Of a stretch of DNA of 64,000 nucleotides, positions 53,560 through 64,000 are shown one piece after another. The position numbers and the translations under genes are program-made. This stretch comes from Bacilli bacterium (lineage in GTDB: Bacteria; Bacillota_I; Bacilli_A; RF39; UBA660), in the NCBI GenBank assembly GCA_045649455.1, contig JAZRPV010000058.1:66552-130551 (forward strand), written 5' to 3'. Numbering within the stretch: position 1 is the stretch's first letter; every line of letters begins with the position of its first letter. The notes below the pieces were generated by a model. The model searched no databases. It worked only from the letters and a program-made list of their open reading frames with translations, and had not been told where the DNA came from.

Positions 53560-55602
53560 CTATCTATATTCTTCTTTATTTGTAATCATTTCTAATGTAG
53601 CTTCGTTAATTGCATCATCTAATGTTTTAATTTCATCAGTGATCATACTATATCCGATAGCAGCTCCAAATTCATGTGGAAGTGATTTCATTTCTTTTTC
53701 TAATTTCTTAGTATATGTTGCGATTTGTCTATCACTATATCCTACTAAGTAAATTAAGAATTCATTTCCATCTGTTCTGATTACTTCACTATTTTCTAAT
53801 TGAGTATTAACTAAAATACTTGCGGCTTTAATGATTAATTGGTCTCCTTCTTCGTGACCATAGTTGTCATTAACATATTTAACATTGTTTAAGTCAACCA
53901 TAACGATTGATTGTGGGAATACTTTGCAATCTTCCCATTCATTCATTTTAGCATTTAAATAATTTCTATTTTTTAATGAAGTTAACATATCTGTATATTT
54001 ATGTCTATCAGATGCTTTAATTTTCTTAACTTCATTTTTCTTTTTAATAATTAACCAAATAATTCCAAATGAAATTAATGGTATAAAGATAATTGCTAAA
54101 ACGATTGTATATACTTGTTCAAATGTAGAATCTTCTAAGATTGAAGCATTCATTCTTTCAATACCAGTATTTCTATAATTATAATAAGAATTTGTATTGA
54201 TTATATAATTGAATAAATTAAAGAATGCTTTGTTGTCTGATTTTACCATAAACTTATAATCATTCATCATTGTATCTTTATAAATTAAGTTATAATCTTT
54301 AAATTTAGAATTTTGATAATGAGAATAAATTTCATAATCTACTACTAAAAGATAATTTTCTGCTTTTTTTACTAAATCATTTAAATTGTCATATGTTTTT
54401 ATTTTAGCACGTGAATTGTTACTAAAATAATGATATAAAGAATTATCTTCTAACATGATAATTTTTTGTCCTTTTAGACTTTCGAATGATGTTACTACGT
54501 GATTATCTTTTTGTTTTCCTAATACAACATAGTCTTCAATAAATGTTGATACTGTTGGAGTATATTTATTGTTTGAGATGTTGTAATAATCAAAGAATAC
54601 ATCTACTTCTCCTTTTTTTACTGCTTTTTCTAAAGCTTCTGGAGATGAATATTTTTTATATTTGAAATTGATATTTGCAAGACGAGCAATTCTATCTACA
54701 TATTCTCCTGCAATACCAGCAACTTTTCCATTTACTTTGATTTCATATGGTTCATTTTCAATAAATCCATATACATAGTTTTTAGATATTAGTGATGCTT
54801 TTTCTTTAGCATTTAATTTATTAACATCTAAATAGAAATCTAAGTAAGCAGCATTATATTCTTCTACATATTTAGTTAAACGCCATTTATTATAATATTT
54901 AGTTACAATCTTATTTAATTTTTCATTATTATTACTTAGTGTTAATACGATAGTTTTTTGCATTTCATTAAAGTAGTAATTAATTGAATATTTATCATTT
55001 TCAATTATGTAATTTAAGTACATAATGTTTGGAACGATAATCATATTAACTTCATTTTTATCTAATGCTGAATATAGTTCTTCAATCTTACCATATTTTT
55101 TATATGATAAGTTTGTTCCACTTTTTAAGTAATAACTTACATCTGATGCATCTTGATCAAATACACCAATTGTCATATTTTTCATATCTTTAATATGACT
55201 AATTCTTTGATATTCTTTACCTACTGCAATGTAATTATCAGTAAATAAATATAAATCTTTTTCTGATGGTTCTTCTCCATTTTCTAGAATTCTTATTCTA
55301 AAACTATCAGTTGTTGTTTCTGAACCTTTTAAGTATGGAATTAAATTAAATTCTAAATCGATATCTTTTTGGAAATCTTCTACAAAATTAAAAATTAATC
55401 CTGATCCATTTAGTCCATATAATGGATAATCATTTACTACTTCAAAGTCATATGTTTGATCTTTGTTTGATTGAACCCATTGTTTTTCTTGAACCGTTAA
55501 GGTTGTCGTTTTATCTTGTTTATTATAATAACGATAGACAAAAAAGAAGGCTACTACAGCTATTATAAAAGCAAAGATTACTATATATAATTTTTTCTTC
55601 AT
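53560..55602 (-). CDS. Membrane sensor: two periplasmic solute-binding-like domains + TM + degenerate GGDEF domain (DGNEF)
   Basis: 680 aa. DMLTSLKNRNYL...VDLNNVKYVNDNYGHEEGDQLI...IRTDGNEFLIY. I verified the codons GAT GGA AAT GAA TTC at 53758-53772. Confidence 0.75.
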   Translation of the reverse strand: MKKKLYIVIFAFIIAVVAFFFVYRYYNKQDKTTTLTVQEKQWVQSNKDQTYDFEVVNDYPLYGLNGSGLIFNFVEDFQKDIDLEFNLIPYLKGSETTTDSFRIRILENGEEPSEKDLYLFTDNYIAVGKEYQRISHIKDMKNMTIGVFDQDASDVSYYLKSGTNLSYKKYGKIEELYSALDKNEVNMIIVPNIMYLNYIIENDKYSINYYFNEMQKTIVLTLSNNNEKLNKIVTKYYNKWRLTKYVEEYNAAYLDFYLDVNKLNAKEKASLISKNYVYGFIENEPYEIKVNGKVAGIAGEYVDRIARLANINFKYKKYSSPEALEKAVKKGEVDVFFDYYNISNNKYTPTVSTFIEDYVVLGKQKDNHVVTSFESLKGQKIIMLEDNSLYHYFSNNSRAKIKTYDNLNDLVKKAENYLLVVDYEIYSHYQNSKFKDYNLIYKDTMMNDYKFMVKSDNKAFFNLFNYIINTNSYYNYRNTGIERMNASILEDSTFEQVYTIVLAIIFIPLISFGIIWLIIKKKNEVKKIKASDRHKYTDMLTSLKNRNYLNAKMNEWEDCKVFPQSIVMVDLNNVKYVNDNYGHEEGDQLIIKAASILVNTQLENSEVIRTDGNEFLIYLVGYSDRQIATYTKKLEKEMKSLPHEFGAAIGYSMITDEIKTLDDAINEATLEMITNKEEYR

Positions 55603-55616
55603 CTACTGTACTCCTT

Positions 55617-56063
55617 CTACGCTCTATCTTTTGTCCATGTAAATTTATCTTTATTTTGATGTTTGTATCCAATAATTGGGAAATCTGTTGCATCTGTTTC
55701 TTTCTTTAAGAATACTTGTATATCATAGTAATTTAATTGTTTTTCAGCAAATAATTCTAAGATTTTTTTAGAGTTATCTTTAGCAACTGATGCAGATACA
55801 TCACCATTAACTGTCATTGTAATATTAACAATTCTTCCTGATGTTCTTACTTCTACTTTTGATACAATATCTTTTAGTTTTTCTTGAATTTGTTTATCTA
55901 GATTTTCTGCTAGTTTAACTTCTTCAATTCCTTCTAAACGATTACCATATATAGCTCCACCACTTGGGTAAAGGATATTTTTTAGTTGAATTCCTGCAAC
56001 TAACGCTACTAAAAATACAGTAATAACTACAAGTAATTTTTTATTTCTTTTAATAAAATTCAT
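55617..56063 (-). CDS. Small membrane-anchored protein (possibly YhcN/YlaJ-like); unknown function
   Basis: 148 aa. N-terminal TM helix LLVVITVFLVALVAGI and an extracytoplasmic alpha/beta-looking domain. Confidence 0.45.
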   Translation of the reverse strand: MNFIKRNKKLLVVITVFLVALVAGIQLKNILYPSGGAIYGNRLEGIEEVKLAENLDKQIQEKLKDIVSKVEVRTSGRIVNITMTVNGDVSASVAKDNSKKILELFAEKQLNYYDIQVFLKKETDATDFPIIGYKHQNKDKFTWTKDRA

Positions 56064-56118
56064 ATCATCACATCCTAGTATTTTTATTATACACTATGTA
56101 TTTTTCTTTTTCAATTAA

Positions 56119-57555
56119 CTATTTGTTCGATAATTCTTCTTTAAGAATTTCAGTTGCAATTTGTGGATTTGCAGATCCTTTTGTTTCTTTCATTACTTGT
56201 CCCATAAAGAATTTTAATGCTCTATCTGGACGTTCTTTGTAATCAGCAATACCTTGTGGATTTGCTTCAATTATTTTTACAATTACTTCTCTAATTGCAG
56301 AATCATCAGTTATATTTTCAATACCTGAGTCTTTAATTATCTTTTCAATTGAATCATTTGATTCTAAGATCTTATCAATAATATCTTTTAAGTTTTTACT
56401 TGTTAAAGTATTATCTTCCATATTCTTGATAAGTTCAATAAATCTTTCTTTTGTAAGAGTTGTATCTGTAATTACTTTTTCATTTTTATTTAAGTATGCA
56501 GATATATCTCCTAATAATAAGTTAGATGCAATTTTAAAGTTTGTATCATCTTCTAACATTGTATTGAAATAATCACTAAGTGGTCTATTTTGAATTAGTT
56601 TATTAGCATTTATTTCTGATACTCCTTTAGATACATATACTTCTCTTCTTTCATCTGGTAACATTGGGATTGTTTTCTTAACTTCTTCAATCATTTCATC
56701 TGTTACATATAGATATGGAATATCTGGTTCCGGGAAATAACGATAATCATTTCCAGTTTCTTTAACTCTCATTAGAACAGTATTTCCAATTTTGTCATCA
56801 TATCTTCTTGTTTGTTCTTGGAATGTTTCTCCTTTATCAAGAAGTTCTGCTTGACGAATAATTTCTTTTTCAATACTAATTCCTACATTAGAGATTGAAC
56901 CGATATTTTTAATTTCGCATTTTGTTCCGTATGGATCTGATTCATTTTTTCTGATGGATACGTTGGCATCCGCTCTCATTGAACCTTCTTCCATCTTACA
57001 ATCACTTATATCACTATAGAATAATAATTCTTTTAGTTTTTCTAAGTATAATTTAGCTTCTTCTGCTGTTGCAATACATGGTTTAGTTACTATTTCAATT
57101 AGAGGTACTCCTGCTCTATTAAAGTCTAGAAGTGTTTTTGTTCCTCTATGAGTAGACTTACATGTATCTTCTTCTATGTGCATTTCTAAGATTTCAATTT
57201 TTTTCTTTGTACCATTTACATCAATTTCAACATATCCATCGTATCCGATTGGTGTTCTAGATTGAGTAATTTGATAATTCTTTGAATTATCTGGATAGAA
57301 ATAATTTTTTCTATCGAAATGCATTTCTCTTCTAATCTTACAATTTAAAACAGTTGCTGCTTTAATTGCTAGATTTACTACTTCTTTATTTAAAGTTGGT
57401 AGTGTTCCTGGATAACCTAAGTCAATAACATTTGTTAATGAGTTAGCCATTTCTCCATAACCATTTGTTGATGGTGAAAATATTTTTGTTTTTGTTTTTA
57501 ATTCTACGTGTACTTCAATACCGATTGTTGGAATGTAATTAGTCATTATTTTCAC
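56119..57555 (-). CDS. gatB: Asp/Glu-tRNA amidotransferase subunit B
   Basis: 478 aa. IGIEVHVEL, NRAGVPLIEIV, MRADANVSIR, and a YqeY-like tail. Confidence 0.95.
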   Translation of the reverse strand: MKIMTNYIPTIGIEVHVELKTKTKIFSPSTNGYGEMANSLTNVIDLGYPGTLPTLNKEVVNLAIKAATVLNCKIRREMHFDRKNYFYPDNSKNYQITQSRTPIGYDGYVEIDVNGTKKKIEILEMHIEEDTCKSTHRGTKTLLDFNRAGVPLIEIVTKPCIATAEEAKLYLEKLKELLFYSDISDCKMEEGSMRADANVSIRKNESDPYGTKCEIKNIGSISNVGISIEKEIIRQAELLDKGETFQEQTRRYDDKIGNTVLMRVKETGNDYRYFPEPDIPYLYVTDEMIEEVKKTIPMLPDERREVYVSKGVSEINANKLIQNRPLSDYFNTMLEDDTNFKIASNLLLGDISAYLNKNEKVITDTTLTKERFIELIKNMEDNTLTSKNLKDIIDKILESNDSIEKIIKDSGIENITDDSAIREVIVKIIEANPQGIADYKERPDRALKFFMGQVMKETKGSANPQIATEILKEELSNK

Positions 57556-58993
57556 CTCTTACTTCTAAATTTAAGTTTAATTCTTTTTCAATGAAACTTG
57601 CTAACTTATAGATAGTTGCTTCATCAAATGCTTTTCCAATTATGTGTAGACCAATTGGCATATGATCTTTATCAAATCCTACTGGTACATTTAAACCAGG
57701 TAATCCCGCCATGTTTACCGGAATTACTAAAACATCATCCATGAATGTTTTTCTAGGATCATCCATTGAATCAGTTAAATCATAAGCTGTTGTTGTTGTA
57801 GTTGGTCCAATGATTAAATCATAATTTTCAAATACTTTTAAGAATTCTTTTTTCATATCATCTCTAATTGATAGAGCTTTATTATAATATGTTTTTGCAT
57901 TTTCTCCACTTAGTAAATATGAACCAACCATGATTCTTCTTTTTACTTCGTTTCCGAATCCTTCTTGTCTTGTTCCATAATATAAGTCTTCAATATTTTC
58001 TGGATTTTCTTTTGAATGACCATATCTTATTCCATCAAATCTTGCTAAGTTTGAACTTGCTTCTCCCATTGCAATAATTTGATATAGTGTAACAGCATTT
58101 TCTAAGTATTTAACATCTACATAATCAACTATTGCACCTTTATCTTTTAACATTTCAATTGTTTCTTCAATTTTAATACGAATATTTTCTTCTACGATAT
58201 CACTCATGAAATAGTTTGGAACAGCTATCTTCATACCTTTAATATCTTGTCCGATTAATCTTGTGAAATCTTCTTCTGGTTTGTTTGCTGATGTTAAGTC
58301 TTTTTCATCTTTTCCTACAATAGCATTTAATAATAAGGCATTTTCATAAACATTTCTTGTCATTGGACCAATTTGGTCTAAGCTTGATGCGAATGCTACT
58401 AAACCATATCTTGAAATTCTACCGTATGTTGGTTTCATTCCTACGATTCCACAGTAACTTGCTGGTTGTCTAATTGAACCACCTGTGTCACTACCTAAAG
58501 CAAATGGTACATCACGAGATGCTATTGTTGTTGCAGATCCTCCTGATGAACCTCCAGAAATCTTTTCATTATTCCATGGATTTTTTGGCGCTCCAAAATA
58601 ACTTGTTCTACTTGATGAACCCATAGCAAATTCATCCATGTTTGTTTTACCGATAATAATCATATTTTTTTCTTTTAATTTTTCAACAATTGTAGCATCA
58701 TATATTGGAGTAAAATTATCTAACATATGAGATGCACATGTTGTTCTTAATCCTTTAGTTACGATATTATCTTTAACTGCAATTGGTAATCCGAATAAAA
58801 CATTATCTACTTCTTTATCTTCTAATTCTTTAGCTTGTTTTAATGCTTCTTCTTTATTTAAAGTTATATACGCATTTAAATCTTTATTTTCTTCAATTCT
58901 TGCAAATGCTTCTTCTACTAAATCAATTGGCTTAATTGTTTTACTTTTTAATAGTTCGTGTAATTCTTCTATGCCTTTATCTAAATATCTCAT
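57539..58993 (-). CDS. gatA: Asp/Glu-tRNA amidotransferase subunit A
   Basis: Amidase signature GGSSGGSA...GSDTGGSIRQPA. ATG at 58993 lies 6 nt after GAGGAGG and overlaps the gatC stop. Confidence 0.95.
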   Translation of the reverse strand: MRYLDKGIEELHELLKSKTIKPIDLVEEAFARIEENKDLNAYITLNKEEALKQAKELEDKEVDNVLFGLPIAVKDNIVTKGLRTTCASHMLDNFTPIYDATIVEKLKEKNMIIIGKTNMDEFAMGSSSRTSYFGAPKNPWNNEKISGGSSGGSATTIASRDVPFALGSDTGGSIRQPASYCGIVGMKPTYGRISRYGLVAFASSLDQIGPMTRNVYENALLLNAIVGKDEKDLTSANKPEEDFTRLIGQDIKGMKIAVPNYFMSDIVEENIRIKIEETIEMLKDKGAIVDYVDVKYLENAVTLYQIIAMGEASSNLARFDGIRYGHSKENPENIEDLYYGTRQEGFGNEVKRRIMVGSYLLSGENAKTYYNKALSIRDDMKKEFLKVFENYDLIIGPTTTTTAYDLTDSMDDPRKTFMDDVLVIPVNMAGLPGLNVPVGFDKDHMPIGLHIIGKAFDEATIYKLASFIEKELNLNLEVRGENND

Positions 58994-58994
58994 G

Positions 58995-59297
58995 TTAAGC
59001 CTCCTCACTAATTACAACTGGAACTTCAATATAATTTCCACTGTGACGTGGAGCGTTTTCCACTACTTCTTTTGGATTTAACATTTCTTTTGATGAATCA
59101 TCTCTTAATGTAGTTGGTGCGTCCCAATTAGCGATTAAGATATCATCATCGTATCCTTCAACGTCATTTATTTTTTCAACATCATTTAAAAGCTGCTTTA
59201 ACTGTACTTGGTATCTCTCTATCTCTTCTTCTGTAATTTTTATACGAGCTAGTTCAGCTACGTGTAGTACTTCTTCTCTTGTTAACTTTTCTTCCAT
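58995..59297 (-). CDS. gatC: Asp/Glu-tRNA amidotransferase subunit C
   Basis: 100 aa. VLHVAELARIKITEEE start, positioned directly upstream of gatA. Confidence 0.9.
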   Translation of the reverse strand: MEEKLTREEVLHVAELARIKITEEEIERYQVQLKQLLNDVEKINDVEGYDDDILIANWDAPTTLRDDSSKEMLNPKEVVENAPRHSGNYIEVPVVISEEA

Positions 59298-59323
59298 GAT
59301 GGTTTCCTCCCTTAACTTTCCTT

Positions 59324-59351
59324 ATTATATCATAATTTTATTATATTCCAA
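59324..59351 (-). promoter_or_regulatory. Sigma-A type promoter of gatCAB, extended -10
   Basis: Minus strand reads TTGGAA-16 nt-TATAAT, with TGa before the -10. Confidence 0.45.
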
Positions 59352-59371
59352 ATGAGATATAGGTATTTTTT

Positions 59372-59402
59372 CAAAAAAAATAAGAGTTTTTCAACTCTTA
59401 TT
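59372..59402 (-). terminator. Rho-independent terminator
   Basis: Perfect 10-bp stem AATAAGAGTT/AACTCTTATT with a 4-nt loop. U8 on minus. Confidence 0.7.
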
Positions 59403-60204
59403 ATTCAATTATTCCTTTAATGAAGCATCCTTCTAATTCAATAGTGTTTGGCTCAGTTTCAGTTTTTGCTTTGAATACTTTTGCTGTTCCTAATAAATGA
59501 ACCTTTTCTCCTTCTTTATAAGAAGCCATAATTACTTCATCTGTTAAATTTCCTTTTACTAATAAAGTATATTTTCCATCAGCATCTACATATTCAATTT
59601 CTACTAACTTATTAGTTTCATCTATTTTTGAAATTTCTCCTACTACTGCAAGATATTGATTATAGAATTTATTACTTACAGCATTTTTATCTCTTTCAAA
59701 TTCTAAAGCTAAGTCAAGAACATCAATTTTTGTAGATACAGTTGAGTATGGCATAAACCAAGAACCTACAACTTTACCTTTTCTTCCTTCAGTAACATTA
59801 TAGTTAATTACTTTATACCCTAATCCATAATATACTTTAGTTCCACCATCTTTATATGTTTTTAAATTAATTGCAAAGAATGGCCCTGAATCATATCTAG
59901 CTACTGCAATTACATCTACTGCAGTCATAATTAATAATACAACAATAATTCCAAATACGGCATTAATAATTTTTCTAATAAAAGCATTCTTCGCTTCTAA
60001 TTGTTTTTTACTTTTTCTACGAGTAGATTTTTTCTTCTTTTTTGGTTTTTCTTCTACTTCTTCTTCGTCTTCTAAATCTAGTTCTTCGTAATCTTCATCT
60101 AGATCTAGTTCATCATCTTTATATTCTTCTAATCCTTTGATTTTTGTTGATTTTTTAGGTTTTAGTGTCTTTGTAGTTTTCTTTTTAGTTGCTACTTTTT
60201 TCAT
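59401..60204 (-). CDS. Single-pass membrane protein with Lys-rich/acidic cytoplasmic tail; unknown function
   Basis: 267 aa. KKVATKKKTTKTLKPKKSTK, then a DE-rich run, KPKKKKKSTRRKSKK, the TM helix VFGIIVVLLIMTAVDVIAV, and a ~160-aa outside domain. Confidence 0.55.
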   Translation of the reverse strand: MKKVATKKKTTKTLKPKKSTKIKGLEEYKDDELDLDEDYEELDLEDEEEVEEKPKKKKKSTRRKSKKQLEAKNAFIRKIINAVFGIIVVLLIMTAVDVIAVARYDSGPFFAINLKTYKDGGTKVYYGLGYKVINYNVTEGRKGKVVGSWFMPYSTVSTKIDVLDLALEFERDKNAVSNKFYNQYLAVVGEISKIDETNKLVEIEYVDADGKYTLLVKGNLTDEVIMASYKEGEKVHLLGTAKVFKAKTETEPNTIELEGCFIKGIIE

Positions 60205-60263
60205 AATTTCACCTCTCTAGTATAGGCTCATTGTACCATACTTTTTTTATTATTACAATGTAA

Positions 60264-62249
<1,986 letters not shown>

Positions 62250-63443
62250 TTATCCTCTTTGTCTTTCTCTTTTTATATCTCCTAATGTATCATGTGAATG
62301 ATAATCAGGAGCCATAATATCTATAATTTCATCTAAGTTAGTATTATTCAAATAGAAGTCGGCATTTTCAGCAGAAAAGACACCTCTATTAGTATCAATA
62401 ATTCTTATATTATTATCTTCAATATCTAGTAATGCTCCTTCTGAAAAGCATATTTCTTGATTTACAAAAATATCAGCATGCATAAGTTTATTTGCTTTAT
62501 ATTCGTCTTCCGATATTTTTCCTTGATCTAATAATTTTCTTTGTTTTCTTAAATAAATTTCAGCAATACGTTTTCTTAATGCTTTAAATTCTTTTTCTTT
62601 ATTTTCCATTGGAACTGGTTTATTGTGTAATTTATCAAAGTCTCTTAAAAAACCAATTACTTCTTCTAGTGAAGCATACTTAGTTAATTCTTTAATTACT
62701 CCATATAAATCTGCTTCGAAATATAATTGTTCCATTTTGCTTCGACCAACTATTTTTTCTATTTCATAGGCAATACTTTGTTCATGTAGATAGGAATCTT
62801 CAAAGTAATCTGGGAAAAAATGTTGTTGATTTATATGTTCTGTGTATCCTTCATTTAACGCTGTTCCAATAAGTGTTTTTGTCTTTTTATTATATTGTTG
62901 AAATCCACAACACATCGCAAAATCATCTTCTTTGCTTGTTGCCATATGTAATAGTTCATGTGCAATTACATTTTTTAATTTATGTTGTTTTTTTTCAACT
63001 ACGTACATTCTATTTCTTTTTTGATCATATTCAGCAGCTGCAGATGCTCCTGATACTGCAATATTTAAATAATCTAAAATGTTTCTTCTTCTATCTCTTA
63101 TTTGTAAATTTTTAAAGTTTTGATAAAAGATAGATAAATTACAATGACCAAAATTACTATCTAGAATATCATAAAACTCAGATATCATTTGATTATATTT
63201 ATTAAAATGTAAATATTGATTAATTTGATAATTACCATGGTATACATATGTAGTTTGAGTTACAATCTTACCTAATTTTGCTTCTTTGCTGATTGTTGTA
63301 TTTTGTGGTATATGAGAGAAAACTTCTCTTATTATTTCTAATACTACAGGTAAGTCTCTATCGCTTATATTTCCTTGCTTTACCATGTTATCACCTATTA
63401 ATATTATACCATTTTTAGCATATAAAAAGAAGATATTTGACAT
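62250..63443 (-). CDS. Cytoplasmic gluzincin-like metallopeptidase-fold protein (HExxH ... NEGxTE)
   Basis: AHELLHM followed 31 residues later by ALNEGYTEH. No signal peptide or TM helix. Alternative start at 63386 (GGTGA SD). Its stop is 3 nt from the ligA start. Confidence 0.5.
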   Translation of the reverse strand: MSNIFFLYAKNGIILIGDNMVKQGNISDRDLPVVLEIIREVFSHIPQNTTISKEAKLGKIVTQTTYVYHGNYQINQYLHFNKYNQMISEFYDILDSNFGHCNLSIFYQNFKNLQIRDRRRNILDYLNIAVSGASAAAEYDQKRNRMYVVEKKQHKLKNVIAHELLHMATSKEDDFAMCCGFQQYNKKTKTLIGTALNEGYTEHINQQHFFPDYFEDSYLHEQSIAYEIEKIVGRSKMEQLYFEADLYGVIKELTKYASLEEVIGFLRDFDKLHNKPVPMENKEKEFKALRKRIAEIYLRKQRKLLDQGKISEDEYKANKLMHADIFVNQEICFSEGALLDIEDNNIRIIDTNRGVFSAENADFYLNNTNLDEIIDIMAPDYHSHDTLGDIKRERQRG

Positions 63444-63457
63444 ATCTTCTTATAGTT

Positions 63458-64000
63458 TTATTCATCCCATAAATGATTTGGATATTCATTAGTATCAACT
63501 AAGTTTTTGATTGATGCTTTTACACTATCCATATCTTCACGATATGTTACTCCATACCATGTTGCAGTTGTTTTTAGGGCTTTACATGTTGCGTATTTAT
63601 CTTCAATTGCATCGAATAATACATCTGGAATTAAATATTCACATTTTTCTAAATTGTCTTTAGAAGCATCTAAGAATGCTGGGAATCCATCTTCAATATA
63701 TTCAAAAATACTTGGAGTGAATAATAACATGTTCATTGATACAGTATCATCTTCTTGTACTTCAAAAGCAGGTTGTCCACTTAATGGAGAAGCTATGATC
63801 TTACCATCAATTCTTTCTACTGTACTTTCTGTTAATTTTACTAAATCATCTCCTGATACTTCGCATACTCCACGTTTTACTGAACCATTTTCAGTAATTG
63901 TATTTTTTACTAAGTATCCTACCATTCCATATGGATAAGGTCTTTCATCTTTTAATTCTTTTAAGAATTTTGCACCTTGCATAAATGCATCTCTTCCATA
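63458..64000 (-). CDS. C-terminal part of a sugar-phosphate nucleotidyltransferase-like protein (truncated by the window edge)
   Basis: The frame stays open upstream of the tracked Met to position 64000 (..YGRDAFMQGAK..). The family call rests on weak recall of the CEYLIPDV / WYGVTYRED pattern. Confidence 0.35.
   Translation of the reverse strand, partial: YGRDAFMQGAKFLKELKDERPYPYGMVGYLVKNTITENGSVKRGVCEVSGDDLVKLTESTVERIDGKIIASPLSGQPAFEVQEDDTVSMNMLLFTPSIFEYIEDGFPAFLDASKDNLEKCEYLIPDVLFDAIEDKYATCKALKTTATWYGVTYREDMDSVKASIKNLVDTNEYPNHLWDE

Noticed and set aside
63507-63938. 143-codon plus-strand ORF antisense to the truncated nucleotidyltransferase-like gene
   Set aside because: It has the same shadow-frame character: no SD and Ser/Ile/Phe-rich composition. 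The other listed antisense ORFs (36189..36575, 39927..40286, 5584..5913, 9338..9646, 6816..7121, 25061..25354 and so on) were rejected for the same reason.

Overview
Visibly very AT-rich, standard-code (long ORFs stay open with TGA as stop) chromosomal segment of a low-GC Bacillota organism. An Erysipelotrichia/Clostridia-like gut Firmicute is my guess from gene content only. I support about 55 CDS and one tRNA, roughly 85% on the minus strand, with strong GGAGG-type ribosome sites, many translationally coupled genes and many clean Rho-independent terminators. I found no integrase, transposase, phage gene, CRISPR array or rRNA. Layout: (1) 1-15.5 kb is housekeeping: typA/bipA, HAD hydrolases, tRNA-Gly(UCC), pyrH, a fused coaE-coaD gene with MBL and PHP hydrolases, a LysR regulator, dxs, a redox pair, an M16 peptidase pair. 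(2) 15.6-23.8 kb holds small envelope and unknown genes, including a FemAB / TSCPD / transglutaminase-like / DUF3419-like string. (3) 23.9-41.9 kb is a large wall-glycopolymer locus built from multidomain glycosyltransferase fusions, TagGH, CsbB+YfhO and a UbiA+HAD+GT-C-like module. (4) 42-56 kb holds a kinase-less six-PASTA protein, a 1174-aa glucosaminidase autolysin, an LCP-PASTA fusion, LtaS, YihY and a degenerate GGDEF sensor. (5) 56-64 kb holds gatCAB, ligA, a gluzincin-like protein and a truncated nucleotidyltransferase. Most interesting to me: the UbiA/HAD/GT2-GT-C module suggesting lipid-linked (phospho)ribose glycosylation in a Firmicute; the polyol-phosphate-free, pyruvyl-transferase-containing glycopolymer locus; an orphan MspI/HinP1I-like nuclease gene beside tRNA-Gly; a leader-ORF/terminator arrangement upstream of pyrH; a bacterial CoaE-CoaD fusion; and PASTA domains detached from kinases and PBPs. 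All family assignments come from motif recognition by eye, since no searches could be run.
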